Below, in pieces: positions 12,935 to 26,170 of a stretch of DNA of 64,000 nucleotides. The stretch is from Octopus vulgaris. Its lineage: Eukaryota. The notes below the pieces were generated by a model. The model searched no databases. It worked only from the letters and a program-made list of their open reading frames with translations, and had not been told where the DNA came from. The stretch is from assembly GCA_951406725.2 (NCBI GenBank), contig OX597817.1:102548001-102612000 (forward strand), read 5' to 3'. A program made the translations under genes and the position numbers. The first letter of the stretch is position 1, and each line of letters opens with the position of its first letter.

Positions 12935-13233
12935 CCCTCTTTCACGGGGCCGAAGGGATGATAGTCTGAAGGCGCTAAATTATTCCAGTGATGAGGAAGT
13001 GAAAACTGTAGTGAAGAAGTGGCTCAAAGCACAGTCAACAGAATTTTACGGGGCAGGGATACATGCTCTCATTCGGAGGAGGAACATTGCTACTGAGAGA
13101 AACGGTGACTGTGTTGAGAAGTAGCGATGTGATCCATAGAGGACCAGCTTCATTTTGATGTATGATACTTGTTCCTGCGTTGGTAATTATACCTGTCCTA
13201 AACAAAATGGCATTACTTTTTAACTCACCCTCG
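12935..13233 (+). mobile_element. Mariner 3' fragment
   Basis: YSSDEEVKTVVKKWLKAQSTEFYGAGIHALIRR..NGDCVEK* followed by a TIR ending CACCCTCG and TA. Confidence 0.85.
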
Positions 13234-13241
13234 TATGTATA

Positions 13242-14569
13242 TTTACTACATATGTGAAAAATCGGTGTGTGTTTCTTTGTGGCGTTGTTATCTAACTCTT
13301 CCTACATCGTTTTATTGGTTTTTATGAAACTTGACATGTGAGTAGAACTCATGTCTGGAAACCTCGTGACATACTTACATTATTGAAAAAAATCGTTAAT
13401 ACGGCCTCTAGAAGGGACCTTTATGTCTACCTCATATAACTATTTTTTAATATCCAAGGGAAATAACCCATACCACCTGCACAATATTTTTTAAAACAAT
13501 CAAAGGAAATAACCCATTTCATTGTTTATGTTCGATTAATTTGAATATTGATTTTTTGCGTAACCAATTTCTAATTTTTGCAGACAACATCACTTTTTTA
13601 CTTTATTTGATACGTGAGTAGAACTCATGTCTGGAAGCCTTGTGACATACTTAGATTGTTTTAAAAAATCGATAATAGAGCCCATCCAATGGATCATCCT
13701 ATCTACTACATATTACTAATATTTTATTTAAACAACCCAAGTGAAATAACCTATAGCACCTGCAGTTTTTAGCGAAGCGATCAATATTTGATTCTCACGA
13801 TCAGCCGACTTAATTATGCATTTCACTACTCACAGTTTTGAACTGCTAAACATTATTATTGCACTTCCTTAATTTGAATCTTAAACATTAAAACCTTCAC
13901 TCATACATTTCTATACATACATACTTTTTTGAATACTCATTACTCCGATAATTCTGCATTTTTACATTTACACTTTTTCCATAACAGTTTATAATTTTTT
14001 TATTCTACAACGTATTTGTAGTGACTTCATGCAGATATCGCGTGGATTTGATCCTCGATGGCCAAATTTCATTTAACACTTCAGCAGCACTTTTCTTACG
14101 GTAAAACAATAGTTTTTCTGTGAATGACATCAGTTATACATTTCCTAGACGCCTTCGCTAAGCAAAATAATGTCTTTTCCACTTGACCCTTCTAACCTTT
14201 TCTAGGCCACCAGGGGTTGGAACGGAGATAACAGACCTACAGCGAAAGCATTTGTTCTCAATAATATGTCTATCCTTCTGGCTGGTTTTGGATAGTTATA
14301 AAAACAAGAACTCCGCAAGCTAAAGGCAGTTACAGAGACCGACCATCAGTGAGTGTGAACGTTATTATTGCACTTTCTTCAAGCACTTCATTCATATATT
14401 TATATACATGCAATCTCTCCCTCCTCCAGCTGACAGTTTTTTGTACTTTTTCGTGACGGAAAATACACATTTTGTGGCAGTTATAACGAAATTGCTTTCT
14501 TATATCAGAGTAATAAGGTGTTTCAATAGAACATCTCTACCCCCGGGAATTACCGGGTACACCAGCTAG
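13242..14569 (+). mobile_element. Non-autonomous Helitron
   Basis: 3' hairpin CCCGG-GAATTA-CCGGG then CTAG|T; 5' region resembles Helitron-N starts although it begins TT rather than TC; internal duplication with a 276-bp offset. Confidence 0.65.
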
Positions 14570-14585
14570 TATATATATAAATGTG

Positions 14586-14650
<65 letters not shown>

Positions 14651-14844
14651 GTATATATATACGTATATATGTATATATATGTATATATGTATATATGTAA
14701 ATATGTATATATATGTATATATATATATATATGTATATGTATATATATACGTATATATGTATATATATGTATATATGTATATATGTAAATATGTATATAT
14801 ATGTATATTTGTACATATATATATATATATATATATGTATGTAT

Positions 14845-15470
14845 ATAAAAACACCATCCGAAGACCCGGCAAGACTAGTCAGGCCATAACCCATGGCCCC
14901 TACCTGGGACGTAGTCAGTCCACCTGTGCATACCTTCCTTCTTGTGACACTTGTGAAGACCTGTTGAGGCAAGTGAAAATCAAATCAAAACAAATCAAAA
15001 TAGATGAACATCAATGGAATTTGTATCCTTGTGGTAGCAGTGCCGGTGGCACGTGGCACACAAGAAAACCATCCGAACGTGGCCGTAGCCAGTACCGCAT
15101 CGACTGGCCTCCGTGCTGTGGGCACGTAACAAGCACCATCCGATCGTGGCCGTTTTGCCAGCCTCATCTGGCACCTGTGTCGGTGGCACATAAAAACACC
15201 ATCCGAGCGTGGCCGTCTGCCAGCCTCGTCTGGCACCTGTGTCGGTGGCACATAAAAAACACCATCCGAGCGTGGCCGTTTGCCAGCCTCGTCTGGCACC
15301 TGTGTCGGTGGCACATAAAATCACCCACTACACTCTCGGAGTGGTTGGCGTTAGGAAGGGCATCCAGCTGTAGAAACACTGCCAGATCTGACTGGACTGG
15401 TGCAGCTTTCGGGCTCCCCAGACCCCAGTTGAACCGTCCAACCCATGCTAGCATGGAAGGCGGACGTTAA

Positions 15471-15503
<33 letters not shown>
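14845..15503 (+). mobile_element. RTE-associated non-autonomous retroposon with internal 63-bp tandem repeats and (GAT)n tail
   Basis: GGCGTTAGGAAGGGCATCCAGCTGTAGAAAC motif, 3' CCCATGCTAGCATGGAAGGCGGACGTTAAA(TGA)n; three units starting 15134, 15197, 15260. Confidence 0.7.
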
Positions 15504-15505
<2 letters not shown>

Positions 15506-15627
15506 ATGTATATTATATGTATTTATATATATATATATGTATCTATATATATGTGTATATATATGTGTGCATTTATACATGTATATATATACATATATAT
15601 ATATGTATATATATATGTATATATATA

Positions 15628-15952
15628 CAGCCTTGTGAGTGGATTTCGTACGCGGGAACTGAAAGAATTGTTATATATGTGTGTATGTGTGTGTGACTGT
15701 GTGTGTGTGTGTGTGTGTGTATGTGTGTGTGTGCATGTGCTGTGTGTGTGTGTGTGTGTGTGTATTTGTACCCCCACCATCGCTTGACAACCGATGCTGG
15801 TGCGTTTACGTCTCCACAATCTAGCGGTTCGGCCAAAGACATTGCTAGAATAAGTACTGGGCTAACAAAGAATAAATCCTGAGGTCGATTTGTTTGACTA
15901 AAAGCGGTGCTCTAGCATCACCGCAGTCACATGACTGAAACAAGTGAAAAAT
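15628..15952 (+). mobile_element. SINE family A, 5'-truncated
   Basis: Reverse-complement homology to 2372-2700. Confidence 0.7.
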
Positions 15953-16039
15953 AAACTAGCAAAAAATTATTGGATAATTCCAAATCCCGGATTTCTGGCT
16001 TTGTATAACAAATACTTTGCCTCATCAAATATATACATA

Positions 16040-16132
16040 TATACAACATACGGTATTTCGATTCAGAACATAAGACAGACGAAATGCCGCTAAGCATGCC
16101 CAGCGTGCTAAAGATTCCGACAGCTTGCTATC

Positions 16133-16183
<51 letters not shown>

Positions 16184-16595
16184 TAATAGTAATAGTAATA
16201 ATAATGGTTTCAAATTTTGCCGCATGGGCAGCCATTTTGGGGGTGGGAATAAATCGATTACATCGACCCCAGTGTTCTATTGGTACACATTTTATCGACC
16301 TCGAAAAGAAAAGTCTACCACGGCGGAATTTGAACTCAGAACGTAAAGACAGACGAAAAACCTATTTCTTTACTACCCACAAGGGGCTAAACACAGAGAG
16401 GACAATTAAGGACAGACAAACGGATTAAGTCGATTATATCACCCCAGTGTGTAACTGGTATTTATTTAATCGACCCCGAAAGGATGAAAGGCAAAGTCGA
16501 CCTCGGCGGAATTTTGAACTCAGAATATAACGGCAGACGAAATACCGCTAAGCATTTCGCCCGGCGTGCAAACGTTTCAGCCAGCTCATCGCCTT

Positions 16596-16682
<87 letters not shown>

Positions 16683-16870
16683 TTCTACTATAGGCACAAG
16701 GCTTGAAATTTGGTTTCAAATTTTTCCACAAGAGCAGAAACTTTGGGGGATGGGATGACTCGATTATATCGACTCCAATGTTCAACTAGTACTTATTTTA
16801 TCGACACCGAAACGATGAAAGGCAAAGTCGACCTCAGAACGTGAAGACGGACGAAATACCGCTAAGCATT
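16040..16870 (-). mobile_element. Cluster of SINE family B copies interleaved with (AAT)n/(AAC)n
   Basis: Repeated CGGCGGAATTTGAACTCAGAACG and AAAGGATGAAAGGCAAAGTCGAC blocks. Confidence 0.85.
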
Positions 16871-17089
16871 TCCACGTTTTATAAATGCTCGCATCTTTTT
16901 TTTATTTACTGCTTAAATTTATAGAAAGCCCTAATATTGTTAGGGCTAAATTTGGGGATTTTTTTGTCTGATTTTTTCATGAACAGTTTTATGTATTGAT
17001 GAACAGTCATTGATGTTGGAGTGCATAAAGATTAAAGTTGCAGCTGAAGAAAAGTTAAATGGTATGGAGAACTGGAAGCCATCCGAATA

Positions 17090-17535
17090 TTAGAAAAGAG
17101 TTACCTGTAGCATACCGATTTGCGCCGGGTATCAAAACGCCGACATCATGACGACATCAAAACGCCGACATCATGACATCTACGCACATTGTAAAGGCTG
17201 GAGAGGTGTTGCCCCTGAAGGCCATATGTGTGACAGCAGCATTCGGTCGTTGCCATACCTACAAAAAGAGTCAGAAAGAGAAATGGTTGTTAGAGAATTT
17301 TTACTTCTCCCGCCCCTATTTCTGGCCTCCTAATTCTCTCGATTGTAGCCTCATCGATTACATGGATGTGTGGGGTGCGGTTGACAAAGACTAGCTACTC
17401 TTGCAACACAAAGGCCGAGCTGGTGGCCAAGATGAAGGAGGTGTTCGACGATTTTCCCAGGGACACAGTGAAAAACGCATGCACCAGGTTCCAGAGCCAT
17501 CTTGACACTATGGTGGAAGCTGAGGGTGAGAGTGA
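17090..17535 (+). mobile_element. Tc1/maT-like transposase C-terminal fragment
   Basis: FWPPNSLDCSLIDYMDVWGAV (WPPxSPDLNPxD-like) and NACTRFQSHLDTMVEAEG. Confidence 0.8.
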
Positions 17536-17554
17536 GTAATCGTCGTCTTGTCGT

Positions 17555-17579
17555 TGTCATCACTACCATTACCACCACC

Positions 17580-17667
<88 letters not shown>

Positions 17668-17805
17668 ACTTGAATGTAATGATAATGGCCACCCTCGTTC
17701 AAACACTTGTTCTTCTTTACCATAATGCTTCCTCATTTTTCGCCACTCCACTCACCTTCTCATTCGTTTCTACCACAACTCACTTAATCTCGTTTCCTTT
17801 TCCTT

Positions 17806-17898
<93 letters not shown>

Positions 17899-18055
17899 CA
17901 TTATTATCATTATCATTATTATTATCATCATCATCATCATTAGTATTAATATTTGTTATTCTTGTTCCTCCTCCCCCTCTTCATACTCATCATCATAATC
18001 ACCATCATCACCATCCCAAACCTCCACCACCACCACCACCACCACCATCACTACC
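17555..18055. repeat. Compound trinucleotide microsatellites (CAC/CAT/TTC/TTA)
   Basis: Directly visible. Confidence 0.95.
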
Positions 18056-19039
18056 ATTGCATTCTAAGCTGTTTAGTCGGTGCTGTTTGTTTTGACGTCT
18101 TCAATGTCGGGTGTAACTGCCCATCTCGTGTTTATTTTTACTTCTGGGACTTGCTACTCCGTTAGCACGGATTATGTCTTTAATTCCAACACATTGAAGT
18201 TGTTGATTTTGTTTTCATATTTGTTTGTTTGTCTATTTATTTATTTTCCTTTCCTTTTTCTCTCCACTGAACTTCTCCACCCCTCTCCCTCGCTACCTGT
18301 ATAAACCTTACACCGGGTCTCTAATTCCCAACTCTTTCCATTGAAATTATTGTACAACTTCTGTTCTTCTATCGATATAGAAAAGTTGTCGTCGTTGGTA
18401 TTATTTTTGTTGCAGCGATGATGATTGAGATGTTTTTATTTGTTATGTTGCTGTCGTCGTTGAAATTGTGGTCCTTGTGGAAATATTTGTTCGGTGTCGC
18501 TGTTGTTACTGCCGTTGTTGTTGTTGATGATGATGATGATGATGATGATGTGTAATTACAGTAAAAATAGATGCTCTTTTTTCCCTCTTAGTTACCAGCT
18601 TCACTTGGGTGGTGGGAATATTTCATTTCTTTGTCTTTTATTTTTTAAAATGTATTTTTCACTCGTTTTATTTTTTTGTTTTACATGTTTATTTTGTTTC
18701 TTATTTCGTTAACTGCTAAATTTGATTTCTCGTTGTCATAGAATTGTCATGAATCCTCGAATAATGTCGGAATAGGATCGCCTTTCATATGTGTCGAGTG
18801 AGAAGATGAACGAAAAATATGAGATCTGTCGTCGATTAAGTGGAAAACAGCATTTTACTGTAGTAAAATTTCAAAGCAACATAAATACCGCCGGCTTTTA
18901 AGATATGTCAGCGAAGTTTCGTCGGCAAATAAATAAATAAATAAACATATAAGGACAAACAGCGTGTATAGAAGTTCGATTCCAGTATAACGTCTAAATT
19001 AATAACAGATTAATAACTGGATTAAATTTTATTTTTCAG

Positions 19040-19274
19040 TTAAGCGATATCCTTTATTATATGATGTTTCATTGCTGGTAACACTTTAAGTAAGGTTCTC
19101 AGATCAAAAGCTGGACACCGATAGAGTTTTATCTTTTTTCGTTGACAGAAATATACCAGAACTTTGGAATTTTCATGTTTTACGGCTGTGATATTCTGGT
19201 GACGTCGTTTTGATAAGTATAAAAATATCATCTTACATAAAATATTACCAGTCTGGCTAAAGACTTGGCGATAA
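19040..19274 (-). CDS. Putative terminal exon of an uncharacterised multi-exon gene
   Basis: Acceptor tgttgttttattag; 1 nt plus 78 codons YRQVFSQ...KDIA*; phase matches exon 20851-21002. Confidence 0.55.
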
Positions 19275-19691
19275 CTAATAAAACAACAGCAGGGTGTCTA
19301 ACCAGCACAGTAAGAGAGAGGGGGAGAGGCAGGAATGAGTGAGTGAGAGAGAGAGCGAGGAAGAGAGAATATGAATGACAGCTGGATTGCAAACATTACT
19401 GTGACTGGTGCTACTTGTGATAATGTAAAGTTAGGTGAACTCTCGTAGGATTTCTATTTATATTGTTTAAGTTAAACTTGGCAGCCAGCCGCGCTCAATG
19501 CCACCATATAGAAGAGCGCAAAGTAGTGGGGAGGTCTTCTTTCATTTAAAAGAAGCCTCTGAATAGGTTTCGATCACCGATTTGGACCTTTTTACTTCAT
19601 TTATGTTATAAATGGCATTTTTGTTGTTGTTTAGCTCCAAGTCAAAGAGACAAGTAATCAAAGGCGTGTCAGTCGTAGTATCTACCTCAAC

Positions 19692-20012
19692 CAGTGGTTC
19701 TCAACCATTTTTTGTCTATGACCTCTTTGATGACTGTGGTGGACCCCCATAACTATTTGATGTTTAAAAACTAGTTTTATAGAAACTTCTTTCAGGATTC
19801 CTATTTTGTTTTTCATTCATTAACTTTTTCAGATTAAACTATGTAAAACGTAAGAGAAAAAAAAACTGCTGTTTCTAGAAATAAATAAATCTAAAACAAA
19901 ATTTTTTCATGGACCCTTAATATACTACTATTTACTATTCTACTTGCATAGACCCCAAAAAAATCTTGTATGGATCCCCAAGGGTCATATGGACCCCGGC
20001 TGAGAACAACTG
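19692..20012. mobile_element. hAT/Charlie-type MITE (opposite orientation to 893-1144)
   Basis: TIRs CAGTGGTTCTCAAC / GCTGAGAACAACTG; internal homology to 893-1144. Confidence 0.7.
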
Positions 20013-20389
20013 ATCTAAACGTTAGTGGTGGATTTTGTGTCCATTTCGACAAAAGCATCTAATAGTTCGACCAACTGAATTTATACTCGTGAAAGTACGC
20101 TGTAAGTGATTAAGAATTCCGCTGGCATATGTCCACTTCAAATAACTCTGTGGCCGAATCAGTGTCACATTATATACCAAGGCTGGACATTTTCATTACA
20201 TAAAAATCCAGGGAGAAAGAAAAAAATAATTAACCCGAGTACTAGACTGGCACTTTATTTTATCGATTTCAAAATGATGAAAGACAAAATTTAACAGAGA
20301 GCCAAATCGAATACCGCACGACATTTTATCCGATGCACTAACGATTGTGCCTGTCCGCTACCTTTAAAAGTATCTTTTGTGCTTTTATA

Positions 20390-20848
20390 TTTTACTTGTT
20401 CCAGTCACTGGGCTGCGACCATACAGGGTCACCGTCTTAAAGGGATTAGACGAAAACAACGACCATAGTACTTATTCTATCAGTCTCTTTGGTCAATCCG
20501 CGAAGTTACAAGGAGATAGACAAACCAACACCAGTTATCAAGCGGTGGTGGGTACAGACACAAAAACCGCCATACACAAGCATACGCACACACACTTCGG
20601 TAATGTGGTTAAATAAACATGCAGTCCACATAGGAGTTGATTACAACGAGGACTGTTAGCCGAGTCTGTAAGAGAAGCTTTATACTACATGTATATGACG
20701 AATTTTCACATAGTTTCCGTCTAGCAAATTACAACACCCAGGGCAATAGTAGAAGACACTCGTCGATGGTGCTGCTTGTTGGAACGGAACCCGAAACCAC
20801 TTGACATGAAAGCAAACGTTTTAACCGCAGAGCCGTGCTTGCGCCCAT
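20390..20848 (-). mobile_element. SINE family A, diverged
   Basis: Homology to 2372-2820. Confidence 0.65.
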
Positions 20849-20850
20849 AC

Positions 20851-21002
20851 GGGACTAAATTATCGAATATCTCATTATTTAAGAGAAGATACATAATCTT
20901 AGTAATATTTTGATTGTTATTTCTAGCAGGTAGACGACTCCGGAAAAATTCACTCGTACTGTCATAAATTACTTTTAATTCCATTTCTTCTTCGTTATAA
21001 TT
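20851..21002 (-). CDS. Putative internal exon (NYNEEEMELK...FDNLV)
   Basis: Acceptor tttcag, donor gtatgg, 152 nt, phase 0 to 2, open frame; caveat: the donor abuts a SINE head. Confidence 0.55.
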
Positions 21003-21992
21003 CTGAAACTAGGTGTAGAGTCAAGTAAGCACGAAGCAGTAAGATTGTTGGACAGTACTGTAAAGACAAGTAGCTGAAATTCAAGTTGGATTTTGAGCTT
21101 TTATTTTGTTAGTGTCAGAACTGCCACTTCATTTTGTAGAATGGAAACATCTTTAGTTATTTATGATTTCACCCACTCTTCCGAACCTGACCTCGTTATC
21201 CATACAAGCTCAATCATTATAAAATAATAATGCCATACTCGATGACGTTATATTTTCACACCCAACAGGATCTCAATGTTTTTGCAGTATAATTGTCGTT
21301 TCCCCCACCGTCACCATCATCACCAATGCCTCCTCATCCTCCTCCCCTTCATCCGCCTCCAAATCTTCTTCTTCTTCTTCTTCTTCTTCTTCTTCTTCTT
21401 CTTCTTCTTCTTCTTCTTCTTCTTCTTCTTCTTTCATGATTCCATTTACACATAAGACTTATTTATATTGATAAATCTCTCGCTCTGAAGTTTACTGTTA
21501 CTTTATAATACTAAAATCCTCGAAAACGAAAAATAAAGTTACCTTGGATCGATTTACAGACAGAACAGAATTATAAAATGGATGTTATTCGACGCTGTCA
21601 CGCTTCTGCTTTTCCACAGCCTTCTTCCGGTCAATCGGATAAGATATGAATCAATCCAAGATAAGGTGCTAAGCTATAGAAGGCGAGGTCGACTTTGCCT
21701 TTCATCCTTTCAGAGTCGATTAAATAAGTTCCAGTTATGCACTGATGTAATCGAATTTATCCCATTGTCTGTCCTTCTTTGTCCCCTTTCTGTTTAGCCC
21801 CCTATGGGTAATAAAGAAATAAATATTTCCAAGAATCTATAATAGCTAGCTAAATACATTCATATAAAAATATATACATCGATATGTATGTGTGTGTGTG
21901 TATGTGTGTATGTGTGTGTGTGTGTATGTGTGTATGTGTGTGTGTGTATGTGTGTATGTGTGTGTGTGTGTATTTCACTATTATTATGTTAA

Positions 21993-22205
21993 GGCAGCGA
22001 GCTGGTGGATTCATTAGCATGCCGGGTAAAATGCTTAGGGGCATCTCGTACGTCTTAACGTTTGAAGTTCAAATTCCGCTGGGGTCGACTTTCCCTGTGA
22101 TCCTTCCGAGGTCGATAAAGTACGTACCAGTTAAGCACTGGGGTCGATTTAATTGACTTACCTCTTTCACTGAAATCGCTGGCGTTTTGCCAAAATTTGA
22201 AACCA
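21993..22205 (+). mobile_element. SINE family B
   Basis: Homology to 2852-3078. Confidence 0.75.
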
Positions 22206-22714
22206 ATGTCTCGCTTATATATGTGAGTGTGCGTGTGTGCTTTCATATATGCTACTCATATAAGTACATAGCTATATATATGCATATAAAAATAAGGTGC
22301 AGGCTGTAGAGATAGATAGACGGGTGGTTGAAATGGAGAAGAAAAAATACAAATTATGCACACATCAGTCTTTCAAGACGAAACTATTACGTTTGGAAGA
22401 CATTCTACTCGGTGTTTGCTCCATCACATTAAATCTGGGTACAAACGGAAAGGAGGGAATTTGTACGCGGTAAGCAACTACCGGGCCTCTGAACAGTCGT
22501 CTGGATTGTCAGAAAGAGTAGCCCCAAATCTCTCTTAAAGTCTTAAAACAAAGAACACAATAGATGATGTACTTCATGATAAGGATCAGTATATAAGGCT
22601 TGAAAGTTTTTTTTTTATAATAGATTCGCTCGATCAGAAGTAAGTCCAAACTTTCAGTTATTTCTCCCTATTCTACAGTATTACCGTATACAATAAACCA
22701 ATATCAGTGCTAAA

Positions 22715-22925
22715 TAGACGGAGAACAGTTAGAATCGTTAGCACGTCGGGCAAAATGCTAGCGGCATTTCGCCCGTCCTTACGTTCCGAGTTCAAATTCC
22801 GCCGGGGTCGACTTTGCCTTTCATCTTTTCCAGGTCGATTAAATAAGTACCTGTTGCACACTAGAGTCAATATAATCGACTTAACCCGCACCCCCAAATT
22901 GTTAGCCTTGTCTCAAATTTTGAAA
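22715..22925 (+). mobile_element. SINE family B
   Basis: Homology to 2852-3078. Confidence 0.8.
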
Positions 22926-23318
22926 CGAATATCATTGGTATGTACGTTATCATGGTGGTAATGTGTTCGTTCTAGTACACGCGCGCGCGCACATATACAC
23001 ACACACACACACTCATGCACACAAACAAACAAATATGCGCATATATTTCGGTATTTGTCTCGAGAAAGCATCTCAAATAGACGTATAGTGTTAAGAAATA
23101 CCGAAATATATCAGTTGCAGACAAAAAGTGTCTAGCAGTGATATAATTGCTAAATACGTATTTCTTTTTCTTTGAGCGTCATCAGGAGCAAACAGCCAAT
23201 AGCAATTGTATACTAAAACAAACTTAGCCTCAGTTCTTTATTTAAGAGATGAGGAATTACGTACATTATTTACATTATTTATATTTGACGGATATTAGTC
23301 CTCATCTTGTTTGTTGTT

Positions 23319-23364
23319 AACACAACGTTTCGGCTGATATACCCTCCAGTCTTCATCAGGTGTC
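23319..23364 (-). ncRNA. Minimal type I hammerhead ribozyme (left arm)
   Basis: GACAC-CUGAUGA-A-GACUGG(AGGGUAUA)UCAGCC-GAAACGUU-GUGUU. Confidence 0.8.
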
Positions 23365-23417
23365 CTGGGGAAATTTCGAACTTTTGGAATGAGAACCCAG
23401 GTTCGAAATTTCCCCAA

Positions 23418-23463
23418 GACACCTGATGAAGACTGGAGGGTGTATCAGCCGAAACGTTGTGTT
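23418..23463 (+). ncRNA. Minimal type I hammerhead ribozyme (right arm)
   Basis: GACAC-CUGAUGA-A-GACUGG(AGGGUGUA)UCAGCC-GAAACGUU-GUGUU; intact core, palindromic ACGU stem III, GUU triplet. Confidence 0.8.
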
Positions 23464-23566
23464 AACAACAAACAAGATGAGGACAAATATCCGTCAAATA
23501 TAAATAATGTAAACTTAGCCTCTACTGCTATAGAAAAATAGTGATTAACAAATCGCTGGGAACACA

Positions 23567-23655
<89 letters not shown>

Positions 23656-24015
23656 CGTGTTGTAAAGAGAGAGGAGAACAAGGAGGAAGATGAAAATAGA
23701 AAGACATACATGGACATAGATATTGAGACAGATATAGAGTTAAAAAGAAGCAAGAAGGAGGAAATAAGTTCTTATGGAGATGCGAATATGGAAAGAAAAA
23801 TATACCGGAAGAAACCTTTAAACTTTAAACTTACAGAAAAATAAAATATATTTCAAAGTGTTAATATTGGGGAAAACTTAAAACGTGCAATAATTATCGG
23901 AAGCTACCCATCCATATTATGTGTGTGCTCATGTACATAACTGGAAAAATGAGAGGGAAGAAGAGAATTAAGGAGGAAGAAGATACACACAGAGAAAGAG
24001 AAAAGAAAAGTGGGA

Positions 24016-24082
<67 letters not shown>

Positions 24083-24788
24083 AATTTTAAAGTTCTTTTA
24101 GATCAGAGAAGTTTTGCAGAAAAGCAATTTTAATAAAATATCTTTAATTTCACAGTTGACCTCCATTTAGAAAGGGGTAACTGAAAAAATAGCTGGTTCG
24201 AGGTTTTGAAGCAACTATAAAACCGTTTATTAGTTTATTAAAAGAGAACAAATTCAAAGTACGGCACTAACTGCTTGGAATATCTTCGGTCTTTACCAAT
24301 GTGCCACATAAACCTAAAAACTTCTGAAAGTCAACTACGTGTAAAGTGACTTATATACATGCCGACACGTAGATAAAGAGTTTAGTTTATGTACACATCA
24401 GACATATATCCCAGTTACATACATCTACGCACAAACAAAGCGTTAGGTAGTTTACTTTATCCGTATATCAAAGAAAACCACATTCGTAAACATAAATGCA
24501 CACACATACACTTATATACAAACACATGTGCTTATGTATTATAAATACGTCTGCGTATGAATTTATGTACGGATATGTGTGTGTGTGGTGTGGGGGGATA
24601 TATTATATGCATGTATGTATATATAAATATAAATGCCCGCGCGTGTGTGCGTATTAAGTATATATTTGTTTTGCGTGATATTGTTTGAGCTCTCAAAATC
24701 TGTCCCATAAGTTATCATGTAGACATCGCAGGCCTGAAGTTTAACTTAATGTAGTATACATACATACATACATACATACATACATACA

Positions 24789-24821
<33 letters not shown>

Positions 24822-24949
24822 GTTTATGTTTATGTGTGTGTGTGTATTGAACATTTTACTGATAATTATGCCTCCTATTTAGACGAATTAAGATGTTTTA
24901 TGTGTGTGTATGTGTGTGTGAGAGTATATGTAGCGTATACATACACGTA

Positions 24950-25332
24950 TATCGTGGCACTCCGTCGGTTACAACGATGTGGGTCCCAGTTGATGCGATC
25001 AACGGAACAGCCTGCTCGTGAAATTAACGTGCAAGTGGCTGAGTATTCCACAGACACGCGTACCCTTAAAGTAGTTCTCGGGGAGATTCAGCATGACACA
25101 GTGTTTGACAAGGCTGGCCCTTTGAAATACAGGTACAACAGAGACAGGAAGAAAGAATGAGAGAAAGTTGTGGTAAAAGTACAGCAGGGTTCGTCACCAT
25201 CCCGTGCCAGAGTCTCGTGGAGCTTTAGGTGTTTTCGCTCAATAAAAACTCACAACGCCCGATCTGGGAATCGAAACCCCAGTCCTACGACCATGAGTCC
25301 GCTGTCCTACCCACTGAACCAATGCGCCTCCA
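24950..25332 (-). mobile_element. SINE family C (tail type 2)
   Basis: Head and body homologous to 5228-5435, different 3' half. Confidence 0.8.
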
Positions 25333-25349
25333 CACACGTATGTACATTC

Positions 25350-25380
<31 letters not shown>

Positions 25381-25804
25381 TGTATGTATGTATGTATGTA
25401 TGTACATCTATGTGTGTGTGTGTGTGCGAGCGCGCGTATGTGCGTGTGTGTGTTTGTGTGTGTATTTGGACATGTCGTTGAGTGGTTATGAATTTCGTTT
25501 GGTTAATCTAAAGTTCCGGGTTCGATGTCTCTGCATGTGTGTTTATTTTAACCTGGGCTCTATCAAGTATGATGAGTAAAATTGGGTTGAAGCAAATTGT
25601 TTAGAATCCCATCGGTTGGACTGTACATGTGTTACAAATGACCAGGCTTGGCATACGTTAATTACTCTTCAGAATTACGTGGCTGAATATTCCTCATACA
25701 GTGTGAAAATCATCATTTTACGCAAGTCAAACAAGTTGACTGCTTCAAAATGCAGCTCCAGAAACCCAGATATTTGCCCACTTGACTAGGTAAGCATAGT
25801 TAGC

Positions 25805-26170
25805 TCAGATACTAACTACGTCTTCTTTCAGGTACGCAGAGAAAAAGAAAAGCACGAAGCTAGCAAGTCATATCTGGAACCTGAAGGACAGAAATATACC
25901 ACACACTATCAAGCGGTGCATCTTAGAAAGAGCTAGACTATGCATTATTGGGTAGGCTTTGTATTATTAGATTGAAGAACAACACCGACCAACAAAACTC
26001 GAGATCAGATATTTTTACTAGATGTATGCATCTCGACAAGATTCCGTTATCGAACTGGAAAGACAACCCCCACCTCATTGGCTTTGACACAGTTTAACGC
26101 ACTTTAGCCTTAACTGGAAAGATATCCTCCACTCCAATGGATTTGACACAGTTTAACGCTCTTTAGACTC
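25805..26170 (+). mobile_element. Naiad/Nematis-like Penelope GIY-YIG C-terminal fragment plus 59-bp tandem duplication
   Basis: TSSFRYAEKKKSTKLASHIWNLKDRNIPHTIKRCILERAR; duplicated units start at 26053 and 26112. Confidence 0.65.

Larger units (their letters stand above)
23232..23513. mobile_element. Penelope-like insertion: inverted pseudo-LTR pair, unpaired tail and TSD
   Basis: 113-bp arms 23269-23381/23401-23513 with 3 mismatches, 37-nt extension on the left, direct repeat AAACTTAGCCTC at 23220-23231 and 23511-23522. Confidence 0.85.

Noticed and set aside
15134-15320. CRISPR-like appearance of regularly spaced repeats
   Set aside because: Whole units repeat with no unique spacers, no cas genes, eukaryotic retroposon context
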